DNA of 64,000 bases, from contig CM106585.1 in assembly GCA_048013815.1 (NCBI GenBank), positions 11,966,001 to 12,030,000 on the forward strand, in the 5' to 3' direction. Under the pieces are notes generated by a model that was not told where the DNA came from, did no database searches, and saw only the letters and a program-made list of their open reading frames with translations. Every line of letters begins with the position of its first letter. Position 1 is the stretch's first letter. Below, in pieces: positions 22,492 through 32,198 of the stretch. Source of the DNA: Setoptus koraiensis (Eukaryota > Animalia > Arthropoda). A program made the translations under genes and the position numbers.

Positions 22492-24072
22492 ATGATGGAA
22501 TATGAGGACAGTTACCTATTGGATCAACTACAAAAGGAGCATGGTGATCATCTGGAATATGAGAGCCTGACACCATACGAGAATATTTTCCATGATAATC
22601 AACAATTCGACTATTTAGCCCTGTATCTACAAGAAGGGACCCACCTATGTTTGTCATGTATGCAATCGGCGATATCGCAAACAATCAGCAATCTATTGTT
22701 ATCACTTCTCACGGCCAATCTTACATTGTTGATCATTCACAGAATATTCAATGGTTGTCACAATATCAAAAATATCTCAACTATACTCATAGGACAGGCA
22801 ACAGTTTATTTTTATCTGCTCAGGAACAAAAGCCATAATGAGAAGAAAGAAAGGATCTCTTATTTGCTGGCATCAGTGCCAGTATTGATCATTGTGATTA
22901 CTATCATATCAAATACACTTATACATTGTGCAAAAAGACACAGACGTTTAACTAACACAACATCATGGATCATTGGAATTATAACTATTCTTTTCAATGA
23001 GTTGTTTATTTATTCGGGTTCAACAGACTTCACGGCACTAAGGCCTCTTCTCATGGTGATCTCTATGAAGTATATTTCGCTTAATTCAGATAAAGTGACA
23101 TGGCTAGAAATTCCTATACAGAAGAAGAATGGCATCGCTACCACAAAACCATCACCTGGATATTTTGCATCAATCTTGTTTGATTTAGCATATCTCTCCC
23201 ACCCGGCATCCTCTATTCTAGGATCATGGCACCCTCAATTTAAGCAAAATTGTTCAATCAGTTTCAGGAATATATTAAAAGCCTCCTATGCTATAGTGAA
23301 ATCTCTCTTATATCTTGTGATCTCCACATGTCTATCAGGATACCTGTTGAACGTTTTTCGGATAGCTTTAATATGCTATGTACCAACAAGCCAAAGTTTT
23401 TTGGATGTAATATTACGATGCTTGGAGATTTATCTAATAGCTTTGGAATTTAGATTCTCACACTATTTCTCATGTCAGCTAACCCATGCTATGTTCCTCA
23501 TTTGGAATCATGATGCACCCGTGTGCAAACCTTGTGATATAGAAATGCCAAGATCATTGGTTCAGGTAGTGGTCTCCTGGAATAAACCTATGCACATATG
23601 GCTCAAGACTTATACATTTTTACCCCTCAGACAATTTACAAACTCAACCATAGTGCCCGTCTTATCAACGTATGTTCTCAGCTCAATGTTACACGGATTT
23701 AAATTTGAGATCTGGTCTGTACTACTATTATTGGGCATATACACATGGATTGAGCATCAATTGAGAAGAGTTACAGCCAAACGAAACAACGCTTGCGTAG
23801 CCAGTCGCAAATGCGATACATCGCGAGGTGGTCGTATATGTCTTAGAAGGCACTTGAATACTGAGTATGGATCGATTCGAGTAAGACTTATCAATGCATC
23901 TTTTTCGATCTTGGCGTTGGCTCATTTAACCTTTTTGGGCTCGTGTTTCCATAATGACTCGGACGCGAGTGGCTATGACAAGGTTATGTCGGTCTGGCAC
24001 GAGCTATATTTCTTTTCTCCCATGATAGCTGCCATGGAGTTGGTTATCTTCCTCGCGAGTAAACCGAGCTGA
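22492..24072 (+). CDS. PORCN: Porcupine, Wnt O-palmitoleoyltransferase (MBOAT family)
   Basis: KPCDIEMPRSLVQVVVSWNKPMHIWL, SSMLHGF with the catalytic His, WIEHQLR...ACVASRKC all match PORCN. Multi-pass hydrophobic and intronless. Confidence 0.93.
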   Translation: MMEYEDSYLLDQLQKEHGDHLEYESLTPYENIFHDNQQFDYLALYLQEGTHLCLSCMQSAISQTISNLLLSLLTANLTLLIIHRIFNGCHNIKNISTILIGQATVYFYLLRNKSHNEKKERISYLLASVPVLIIVITIISNTLIHCAKRHRRLTNTTSWIIGIITILFNELFIYSGSTDFTALRPLLMVISMKYISLNSDKVTWLEIPIQKKNGIATTKPSPGYFASILFDLAYLSHPASSILGSWHPQFKQNCSISFRNILKASYAIVKSLLYLVISTCLSGYLLNVFRIALICYVPTSQSFLDVILRCLEIYLIALEFRFSHYFSCQLTHAMFLIWNHDAPVCKPCDIEMPRSLVQVVVSWNKPMHIWLKTYTFLPLRQFTNSTIVPVLSTYVLSSMLHGFKFEIWSVLLLLGIYTWIEHQLRRVTAKRNNACVASRKCDTSRGGRICLRRHLNTEYGSIRVRLINASFSILALAHLTFLGSCFHNDSDASGYDKVMSVWHELYFFSPMIAAMELVIFLASKPS

Positions 24073-24351
24073 ACATAATAAACTACCCCAGATGCACTTT
24101 ATTTATCTTACAGTGATTAGTTCGCTATGAGACTCATAAGTTCTTGTTTTTATTCAGCTAGTCATCAAACACAGTAAGCCCTAGGCTAGCTGCGGTTTCA
24201 ATCAATATTGTTAAAAGTTCCTTACACTACTCTCGAGACTACTCGTGGCGCTTCAATTCTAAGAGTTGCGATTCTCTGACATGGTGCGAGATCTATAATA
24301 TACAGTTTAGTTTATTAAATTTAAATTTTTTTATAATTTTAAGACTCCTTA

Positions 24352-27126
24352 TCAACGCGCTGCTATGTTACAATGAAGAAAGATTAACTTCTCATCAACT
24401 GGGGGCCGATGATGTAACTTCTTTCTTCTCTCAATCGATGTTACACTAGCCGGCATACACAGCACCGATCTAGCAATGTGAGCCAATGTGGGATACCTTT
24501 TGGATGCTTCTTGCCACCAACTTAACAACATCTTTTCATTGCAAGAATTGGATTTATCTGAAAGATATCTGTTCAGCTCGTCCTGCTCAAATTCACTTAA
24601 TGCCTCCCACTCCGCATATTGTGAGCTAGCTGATATATTAGCTTTATATTCCTCAGATTGTTCAACATGGCGTGCATAGATTTCCATCAATCTCCTAACC
24701 TCTGCTTGTATCTCGTGCCTGTCTTTCTCACAAAACATCTTTAAATGTCTAAAATTAGGCCAGAAAAATACCGCGAGCTTATGCCACATGTGTAATTTAA
24801 TAACGTTGTCTAGCTCGGTTAGCAGGCTTAGCTTCTGCTCCATCATGTCAGGGTCATCGGCTGGTTCGGTGAGGAATTTCTTAAGCTTAAAATACTGAAG
24901 AGCAACTTGATTTATGGATGGTGAATGTTCAAAGCTTGATCTCATCAACTGAGATGCCTCCTTGAATGGTGTGAGTAGGTCTTTAATAGTAGTCATTGTC
25001 TGCATCATAGAATCCATTGAAAAATTACCGGGTATGAACTTGTCTACGTTGTCCATGACAGTCTTGATAAGGTCAAATTTATACATCCAATCAGCAGATG
25101 AGTTATCAGGTAAAAGCTTCAACTCGCAACAAATGTGTTTACAATTTTGGATTAACTGATCATAACGCCCGTCACTGAAGATGGCGACATCCACACAAGT
25201 ATCTAATAGATGAGATGCAGATGACAAGTGAACTTTAACTCCGCTCAACTGTCCAGCATTAGATATGTAGGAAAATTTGTTGATCAAAGTGTCTTCAAGC
25301 AACCCATAATCTTTAAGAGTAGTAGATATAAATTGAAGGAAATCCGTTATTCTTGATGAACCTCTAAGCACTCTATCTTGGAGTTTCCAATTGCGATCAA
25401 TATAACAGAGCGACATAATGCAGAGATCTTCTTTGAAATCTGAAACAATTGTACCTCCAAGATTATGTTCTATACAATAGTTGATCTCCTTTTGTATAGA
25501 GTTTTTTTCTTCCTCATATTTACCATCAGTCTGTTGTTGCAAGCTCTGTAAATTGAGGACGATGGGTGCTGAAATTTTAGATTGTAGTGTAGCAGATTTG
25601 AGTAGCTGCAATGCCATATTCCTGAATGCATCAGAGCAAATGGATTCTAGATTTACAAGTTCCGAATAACAAAAATTGATGACCGCTGACTTATAATCAA
25701 TCTTGGAAGCAGGCCGTAGGAGGCTATTGTTTTTTGACATGACTTTGATATTGTTGAATATCCTTTCGCCACCATACGCAAATTTTCCATCGCTGCCATC
25801 GCTGAAATGGCCTGTCTTAGGTGAATAATAACGACTTTTTGGTTCGGCTTTTAAAGAGGTTGTACCTTCGATAGACGAAGTTGAGGCGTCAGGGTTATAT
25901 TGGTTGCCCTTGAGCAGAAGTGATTTATTTCCGTCGAACTTGGGGCAGCAAACCTGATGAGTTCTGAGAGTTTTAGGCATAGCTTTGCGATCGCTAGCGC
26001 GAACGATGGCGCTACACAATGTACACCTAACCCATCCAAGTATTATATTAGTAGTAGGATCAACTATTTCTTGAAAATTCAACCATATATCTGACGCAGA
26101 ACGAATGTTTGGCTTATGACGGAATATGAGGTCGCCATTCTTCGGTTGTGTACCAATAGCAGCGAGTAGATCGTTTTTCGATGGACGCTTACATTCGTGT
26201 TTCTCAATGGCAACCAAATTGTATGGTACAAAATGAAAACATGACTTGCACATACAGTAGCTAACAAATTGCGTGGTTACGATATCTCTAACTTCGAAGT
26301 ATGGTTCTAATGCTCTTTCTGGTATTGTCCCATATTCATCTATTGTTAAATGTTCCTGCTTTATTCTTTTATTTGGGGTAAATGATTGATTAAATGAGCG
26401 ATCGTCAGTAGAGTCATCATTTTCCATTTTCATTGAATCGTCGTCCATGCTAGAATTGGCAACAGCCATTTGAACTCTAAGCTCGTGTCGTTTAGCTGCG
26501 TCCTTAACAGAATTGGGGAATAGTTCACCAAAACAACGATGCCTCCTCATGTGCGAAGTGCCAGTAGTTTGGCCGTGATATCTAGTGATGAACAAACAGT
26601 TGTGACATCTTATCATGCCAGTGAATTCATTAGTGTCTTTAGCAATAATCTCCTCAAATAGTTTCCATACATCGGATTGTCTGGCACTGGCGGCCCTGTC
26701 TGGGTTTATCTCTCTAAATTTAGTATAACACTGGCCATTGTCTAGCATGGCCCTAATTTCTGTAACACTAGAAGGATTTTTGGGTGGATTACCTCTACTT
26801 CTGACCGGCAATTTGCCCGTCGTCTGTCTGGTGGTGGTGGTGTTTGTGTTGGCGGTGGCGGCAGCATTGTTGTTGGTGCCCGCAACGGTAACACCGTCCT
26901 CGTCACCAATACCATCGTTATCTGGCGTTGGTGCGCCATTATCGGTCAATCTGATGGGTATATTTGCTGGTCCGTGCGAGCCCATGTGACCAGGGCTATT
27001 GTTCTGGGCATTGGCTGAGGTATTGTGATCATAGAAGGAATTTGTTATGTTGGCGCCTTCAGCTGAGGTATTGTGTTCATAGAAGGAATTTGTTATGTTG
27101 GCGCCTTCCGCCAACGAATCGTCCAT
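24352..27126 (-). CDS. hAT-transposase-derived protein (ZBED-like), 2-3 BED fingers plus hAT C-terminal dimerisation domain, probably domesticated
   Basis: hobo/Hermes-type BED fingers (SDVWKLF...CHNC...GTSHMRRHRC; SDIWLNF...CTLC...LRTHQVCC; one degenerate C-x2-C...H-x-C between them). C-terminal LLSWWQ...YPTLAHIARSVLCMPASVTSIER. Uninterrupted 924 aa ORF, no TIR pair found. Confidence 0.85.
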   Translation of the reverse strand: MDDSLAEGANITNSFYEHNTSAEGANITNSFYDHNTSANAQNNSPGHMGSHGPANIPIRLTDNGAPTPDNDGIGDEDGVTVAGTNNNAAATANTNTTTTRQTTGKLPVRSRGNPPKNPSSVTEIRAMLDNGQCYTKFREINPDRAASARQSDVWKLFEEIIAKDTNEFTGMIRCHNCLFITRYHGQTTGTSHMRRHRCFGELFPNSVKDAAKRHELRVQMAVANSSMDDDSMKMENDDSTDDRSFNQSFTPNKRIKQEHLTIDEYGTIPERALEPYFEVRDIVTTQFVSYCMCKSCFHFVPYNLVAIEKHECKRPSKNDLLAAIGTQPKNGDLIFRHKPNIRSASDIWLNFQEIVDPTTNIILGWVRCTLCSAIVRASDRKAMPKTLRTHQVCCPKFDGNKSLLLKGNQYNPDASTSSIEGTTSLKAEPKSRYYSPKTGHFSDGSDGKFAYGGERIFNNIKVMSKNNSLLRPASKIDYKSAVINFCYSELVNLESICSDAFRNMALQLLKSATLQSKISAPIVLNLQSLQQQTDGKYEEEKNSIQKEINYCIEHNLGGTIVSDFKEDLCIMSLCYIDRNWKLQDRVLRGSSRITDFLQFISTTLKDYGLLEDTLINKFSYISNAGQLSGVKVHLSSASHLLDTCVDVAIFSDGRYDQLIQNCKHICCELKLLPDNSSADWMYKFDLIKTVMDNVDKFIPGNFSMDSMMQTMTTIKDLLTPFKEASQLMRSSFEHSPSINQVALQYFKLKKFLTEPADDPDMMEQKLSLLTELDNVIKLHMWHKLAVFFWPNFRHLKMFCEKDRHEIQAEVRRLMEIYARHVEQSEEYKANISASSQYAEWEALSEFEQDELNRYLSDKSNSCNEKMLLSWWQEASKRYPTLAHIARSVLCMPASVTSIERRKKLHHRPPVDEKLIFLHCNIAAR
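27014..27108. repeat. 48-bp tandem duplication in the 5' coding region of the hAT-derived gene (AEGANITNSFY[E/D]HNTS x2)
   Basis: Two copies starting at 27014 and 27062 differ at one base. Confidence 0.92.
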
Positions 27127-27187
27127 TGTATCTCAAGTGCGTAGCGCAATAATAATATTCTGGATGTTTGTATATGTTTGCTTGCGT

Positions 27188-27786
27188 CTGTAGGAGAATA
27201 AATATATATTAATGCAGATATATATATATAATAAGATATATATATATAAAGAGAGGTATATATATGTAATATAGCAGTAGTAGCAATAATTCAACAAGGG
27301 AATAAGTGTTGTACATGTATATTGATGATGATAATATAATGTTTATACAACTGTATATCAATATGTATAATTGCGGGCATCATTATGAATAAAAACTACA
27401 TCACTATAAACAGTGCTTGGTAAACGCCACAAATAGGCAAACAGACGCACGCAAGCCCGCCCGTCGGCCCGCCCGCACGCACATACAGACAGACATGTAT
27501 GGGGAGTCGGGTGCAGTTGGGTCATTTTGCGCACAGTTTCCATAGATCAAACGTTAGATAAGCCTGTATAAAAGCACAAATCGCTGTTCTGTGCACATGC
27601 TGCTGAACGCGAGCCGGAAACGAGAAAGGGCGTGTCGATGTGGAAAGTGAATTGAGCGCCATGTTTGAACCAAACCGAAACCGCGCTAGTTAGTGCGGGA
27701 GACCCGTCCCGACCTCCCTCCACACTGTCCGAAGGTGCGAAATGGGAGACTCCCCCATGTGCTGGAAGAGGGAGTACCATACTCAC
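27188..27786 (-). other. Probable 5'-UTR intron of the hAT-derived gene (599 nt)
   Basis: Strong donor GTGAGT at 27786 and acceptor TTCTCCTACAG ending at 27188, 62 nt upstream of the ATG. No transcript evidence. Confidence 0.55.
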
Positions 27787-28968
27787 ATTTTTAGGGATCA
27801 ACCGGGAGTCCCACGGAAACTTTGAACTGCGTTTGGAACATCCCAAACCAGCAACATTTTTTTGCAGAAATTCCTTGGTTGAGAATAGAATTTCGTTTCG
27901 AAAAATTAAAGAGATGAGGTTGACCCCGAAATATTTACAATCGATACCAAATGTTAAATAGGCAACTCTCCAATGCACAACTCGAAACATGTGATGTGAC
28001 ATCACAATCTAATCGCGCCTAAAAACTGCACGCGCGTCCAGGCAAACTTTGCATAATAAAGATGAAAAAATTATTCCAAACGAAAAATCATCCGGGTCAA
28101 CAATGCGAAAGTACAGTAGGTCAACAAAAAAAAAACAGCTCAAAAGTTGTTTCAACAATTATTGTGCATGATCAACGTGCCGAGGGTGCCGTACCTGCAG
28201 CCGATTGTCACAACGTATGATTAGCATTTGTTAGGGAATAAATCAGTAATCAATTGGCTAATTAATGTTGGTCATTTTATATCGAGCCCGTGCCCAAGTC
28301 TTTCCTCAGACAATCTAATCGGCTGGCGCCAGCTATGGGTGCAGACGAAAGATGCAATGCTCTCTCTTCTCGCCAATTGACTGGAGCTCCCAAAGCCGCA
28401 CAGGTGCGGGTCCCGGTGAGCCATGCAGCGCGGTGTTTCCGGACGTTGACGTGGGCGTGTGAAGACGGGCGCTTTAGGTAGCAGCTGCGCGCCAAAGGCA
28501 TTGCTCAACGCCATCTCACCTAGGCGCAACAACAACAACAACAACAACGAACAGCTTCAGCGACCATTGCATGTGTCTCATTGCATAAACCTATATTAGA
28601 ATCAGCGCCAACCAGAAGAGTACTAGGTATTAGGACTAGACCAACTCGACTCGACGTATAAATACTGATAGAATAAATTTAGCAATCTGTACAGAGGTTT
28701 TATTGCGAGAATTGTGGCAGCTCACATGAATCCAAAAATTTTGCAATCTCCATTTCGATAAATGTTACATATAGATAAGAATCGCGCAAAAGCTTTTTGT
28801 GCGGAATTGGCAGAAAGTTTTTCGGGGTTGCAAGATTGTCATAGTACCCCACAGAAAATTTTCACAAGTTATTTACATTTCGTGGTCATCAATTATAGAT
28901 GAAAGATTATACTCCTATTAAATATTTATTCTAGATATTATTCGAATAGATACATTGTGATTATTCAG

Positions 28969-30099
28969 TCAAGACGGATCATCTTTATCTTCTCCAATCG
29001 TCGTCTGACTCTCTTGACTTTGCCCCACTGTCGATGTCAATCGTGGTGACATGTTGGACGCCTGACTTATGTATGCTGGCACAATATGATACGGCAGACT
29101 GGTTGAGGGCATGAGTTGCTGGTTGTTATGAGGGAAACAGCCATTCATATTAAGGTATGCAGCGGGGCGCAACTGGTTTCCGGCGGTGATGTTATTGGCA
29201 ATGGGGACACTTATGTGCATGATATTTCGTTGTTGACCATTGCTCATCATTGTTTGACCTAAATGATTGGCCCCTCCTGGAGCTACCGCAAATTGAGCAA
29301 TGGATACAGGTGGGCCACTGTTAGAGTAGCCAGGACTTAGATATCTTATGTTTTGGCCTAGCATTTGCTGTTGGGAGTGATTGAAAGTAAATAAGTTACT
29401 TGGTATACTCATTGAGCTAGTAGGAGATGCAAACGTTTCAAACGCCTGTTGCCCTCCTGCTTGGGCATCTTTTCCTGTTGCCACATTGACATTAATCATA
29501 CTGTTGCCAGCCGCTACCATATTGGTTACAAGTGAATTTGTTGGAACCAACTGAGTTACATTGGTTGTGGTGAATTTACTTTCAGTGTGCAATTGTTGAT
29601 TACTATTGTTTGGTGCGTCTTTTGCGCCTGGCGAGGGGCATTCGTTACTTTCAACGGTATGTGAATCTTCTCGAGGAACCACGTCAATGAGAAAGTCAAA
29701 TTGCTCATTTCTAGCAACTGCCATTGAAATATCGTTTCTTTGTATGGTGCGCCTCCGATTTTCCTCTGTATGTATCCAAGCCCTGATAGAAAGCTCTTGT
29801 ATAAATATCTCGGCCGCCTTGGAGAACAGAACAGGAACCTCGGAACCGATCATTTGTACGTCTTCGTCCATCTTGATAATTTTCTTTATCCGAGCCAATG
29901 GTAATTTTGATGTCCTAGTTTTGTCTTGGTCGTCACTATTAATCTTTTCATATGTCCTAATCCAAAATGTTTCAAATAGTTCTTTGGCTTCCTTTGACAA
30001 TGATGGGTAGAAAGCCGGCGTCATACCCGGCGAGAAGGCATTAATTTCTGTCAGGTTCATCTGACTATTGTTGCTTTGGCCTATCGTATTGGAGTACAT
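28969..30099 (-). CDS. NFYC: Nuclear transcription factor Y subunit gamma (CCAAT-binding, histone fold)
   Basis: LPLARIKKIIKMDEDV...RAWIHTEENRRRTIQRNDI...FDFLIDVVPR histone-fold core, followed by a Q/N-rich activation-type tail. Intronless. Confidence 0.93.
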   Translation of the reverse strand: MYSNTIGQSNNSQMNLTEINAFSPGMTPAFYPSLSKEAKELFETFWIRTYEKINSDDQDKTRTSKLPLARIKKIIKMDEDVQMIGSEVPVLFSKAAEIFIQELSIRAWIHTEENRRRTIQRNDISMAVARNEQFDFLIDVVPREDSHTVESNECPSPGAKDAPNNSNQQLHTESKFTTTNVTQLVPTNSLVTNMVAAGNSMINVNVATGKDAQAGGQQAFETFASPTSSMSIPSNLFTFNHSQQQMLGQNIRYLSPGYSNSGPPVSIAQFAVAPGGANHLGQTMMSNGQQRNIMHISVPIANNITAGNQLRPAAYLNMNGCFPHNNQQLMPSTSLPYHIVPAYISQASNMSPRLTSTVGQSQESQTTIGEDKDDPS

Positions 30100-30647
30100 C
30101 TTCGATTTTGGCTCTTTCGTCGATGTGTGTGGATTTGTAAATTCTTGAGTTTAGTTGCAAAAAATTTTTACATTAGTTGGAGAGCATTTTTCAGTTTTTC
30201 CCAGTATCACATGGCAATCAATCATGTTCGGAATAATAAACCAAATATGAATTGATGGAGATAACAAAAATACAAAGATAAAGCAAAAACCAACAATACT
30301 TAAGCGAGATCTATTGTGCTAGAATTCCAGTACAATACGTGCAATTACGCGTGTCGATTCTGTACTGCTTTGTTGATGTGAGTTTTGAATATTATCAGAA
30401 TCGAAAGCAGTTAACGCAAGCAGGAAAGATTCATGCACTGCAGGAATGTTGTTTGTTGTTGAGATTTGTGCCTATGAATACCACACTTGCTGCCTACACC
30501 TGATTACTAACAAATTTCATCAACATTTTCTCAAAAAATTTTTGTCCTCGTAGGATATCTCTCCTTTAATTTGTGACATGTTACTACACAGGATAGATTA
30601 GATTTGTATGATATTCTAATAGAATCTCACTTCTTGTATGTACATAG

Positions 30648-31055
30648 ATGGATCAAAAACGTGTGGCCCAAATACTGAGTTGCAAAAGGAAGGTAGTGAG
30701 CTTTGTCGAATCCATGTTGGAACCCGTGATAACCATGGAACAACTCATGGCCGGTTGCAATATAATATGCCAACGTGATTTCGATGATATAAACAATGAA
30801 CGATTTTTAGTCAATTTATGCGGCTACCCACCATGTTCCAATGAGATCACTAAAGAATGGAGACAACGGTTTCATATTTCGTTAAAAGAAAAAAGAGTGT
30901 TTAATGTGGAGCAAAGGAAACTGTTTTGTTCAACTAAATGCTTTGATTTATCAACAAAATTCAAACAGGATAATTTACACGAGCAACCAATGTGGATGCG
31001 TTTAGATGATATAAAACTAGGACCTAATTTCGAAATACAGACGTCCAACCGCTGA
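30648..31055 (+). CDS. RPAP2: RPAP2/Rtr1-type zinc-finger Pol II CTD phosphatase domain only (135 aa)
   Basis: DFDDINNERFLVNLCGYPPCSN...RFHISLKEKRVFNVEQRKLFCSTKCF...EQPMWMR matches the Rtr1/RPAP2 domain. Confidence 0.85.
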   Translation: MDQKRVAQILSCKRKVVSFVESMLEPVITMEQLMAGCNIICQRDFDDINNERFLVNLCGYPPCSNEITKEWRQRFHISLKEKRVFNVEQRKLFCSTKCFDLSTKFKQDNLHEQPMWMRLDDIKLGPNFEIQTSNR

Positions 31056-31769
31056 ATGGTCTCCGTTTGTTCAACTCAAAACGATTGTTTGATATATAAA
31101 TCAGTGATGCATATTTTTGTGCCAATCTTTCCGACAATAAAAAATGACTTTTTATGTTGTTCACCATGATGCCTGGCAAGCCGTCAATTGTCTTGTAGAT
31201 ACGCTTGAAATTGTCAAATTGACGCCTGCAAGATTTCAACGATTTACCTGTCTTTCTGCTGACCTCGTCTAAATCTTTACGATTTCTAGCCGATAGTTTC
31301 TTGCCCAGAATGGCTCTCATTACAGGATCGTCAAAATCATAAAATTTCTCCACAAGAGTGCGTTTGGTTTGTTCGGCCATGCGAAATGTCCAGTCCTCGG
31401 ATAATTTCGCTGGACATGGCAGAAGCTTTTCAATGAGAGCAAATGTTCTGTATTGGTCTAAAATATCTGCTATGATGAGATCCTCGTTGAAATTTTTGAG
31501 AAATTCTGCCTCATTTTTCCTGACTAGTGTAGCCGCCTCCTGAACTGTAAATAGAAGAATCAACAAAATTCGAAAGGATCAGTAACAATATATCAATGGT
31601 CGCAAGATTCTAGACCTAGATATAATTAACTTCATCGTTATGCGAACTACTCAATCTTATTTTAAACTCAATAATTACCAGGATATCCGTCGAGCCAGTA
31701 CTGATACAGATCGAGATCAACTGCTGTATTGTCCGACACCAAGACGTCAATGTCTGTGAATAATATCAT
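31024..31769 (-). CDS. FIBP: Acidic FGF intracellular binding protein, C-terminally short; complement(join(31024..31544,31679..31769)), 203 aa
   Basis: DIDVLVSDNTAVDLDLYQYWLDGY, DQYRTF, LGKKLS, LKSCRRQFDNFKR and NNRFE match FIBP. The 134-nt GT-AG intron joins in frame. Confidence 0.88.
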
Positions 31770-32198
31770 CGCCTTAAACAGGTTTTCTTCACTTGCTACT
31801 CCACACTGACGTTGTACTTAAACTCCTGACTAGTTAGTACAAATAACTAATTGATAATAACAAAAACATAACACATTCACACAAAGGATAATGCAAATAA
31901 ACGTCTCGCCAGGCCAGTTCCTATCTTGGTCTAGACTAATTCCAAATCTCGCCAATCATAGACTCAAAACTGGGTCTGTGCCTTTTCCATTTCTGTTCTA
32001 AGCTGTGCGCGGTCATCCCGCTGTGCCCAACTGTGAGTTGGTGTTAGTGTGTGTGTTTGCCAGAATGACAAGGCAAAAGTTAAATCCTAAATCCCCACGT
32101 CAACGTCAGTCAGTTACTAGATTTTTACACACTTATATATATTGATTTATATTACTACCAATCTATACATTACCCACATGGGTCTTTGACTTAGGAAA

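Noticed and set aside
9083-24072. ABCA + FAR + MBOAT as a wax-ester synthesis and export cluster
   Set aside because: The MBOAT has porcupine-specific motifs (Wnt acylation) rather than wax-synthase features. Adjacency alone does not support a pathway.
24272-24278. TTCTCTG resembling a hobo/Hermes terminal inverted repeat beside the hAT-derived gene
   Set aside because: Only 7 bp, in the wrong orientation for a left end, and no partner or TSD on the other side.
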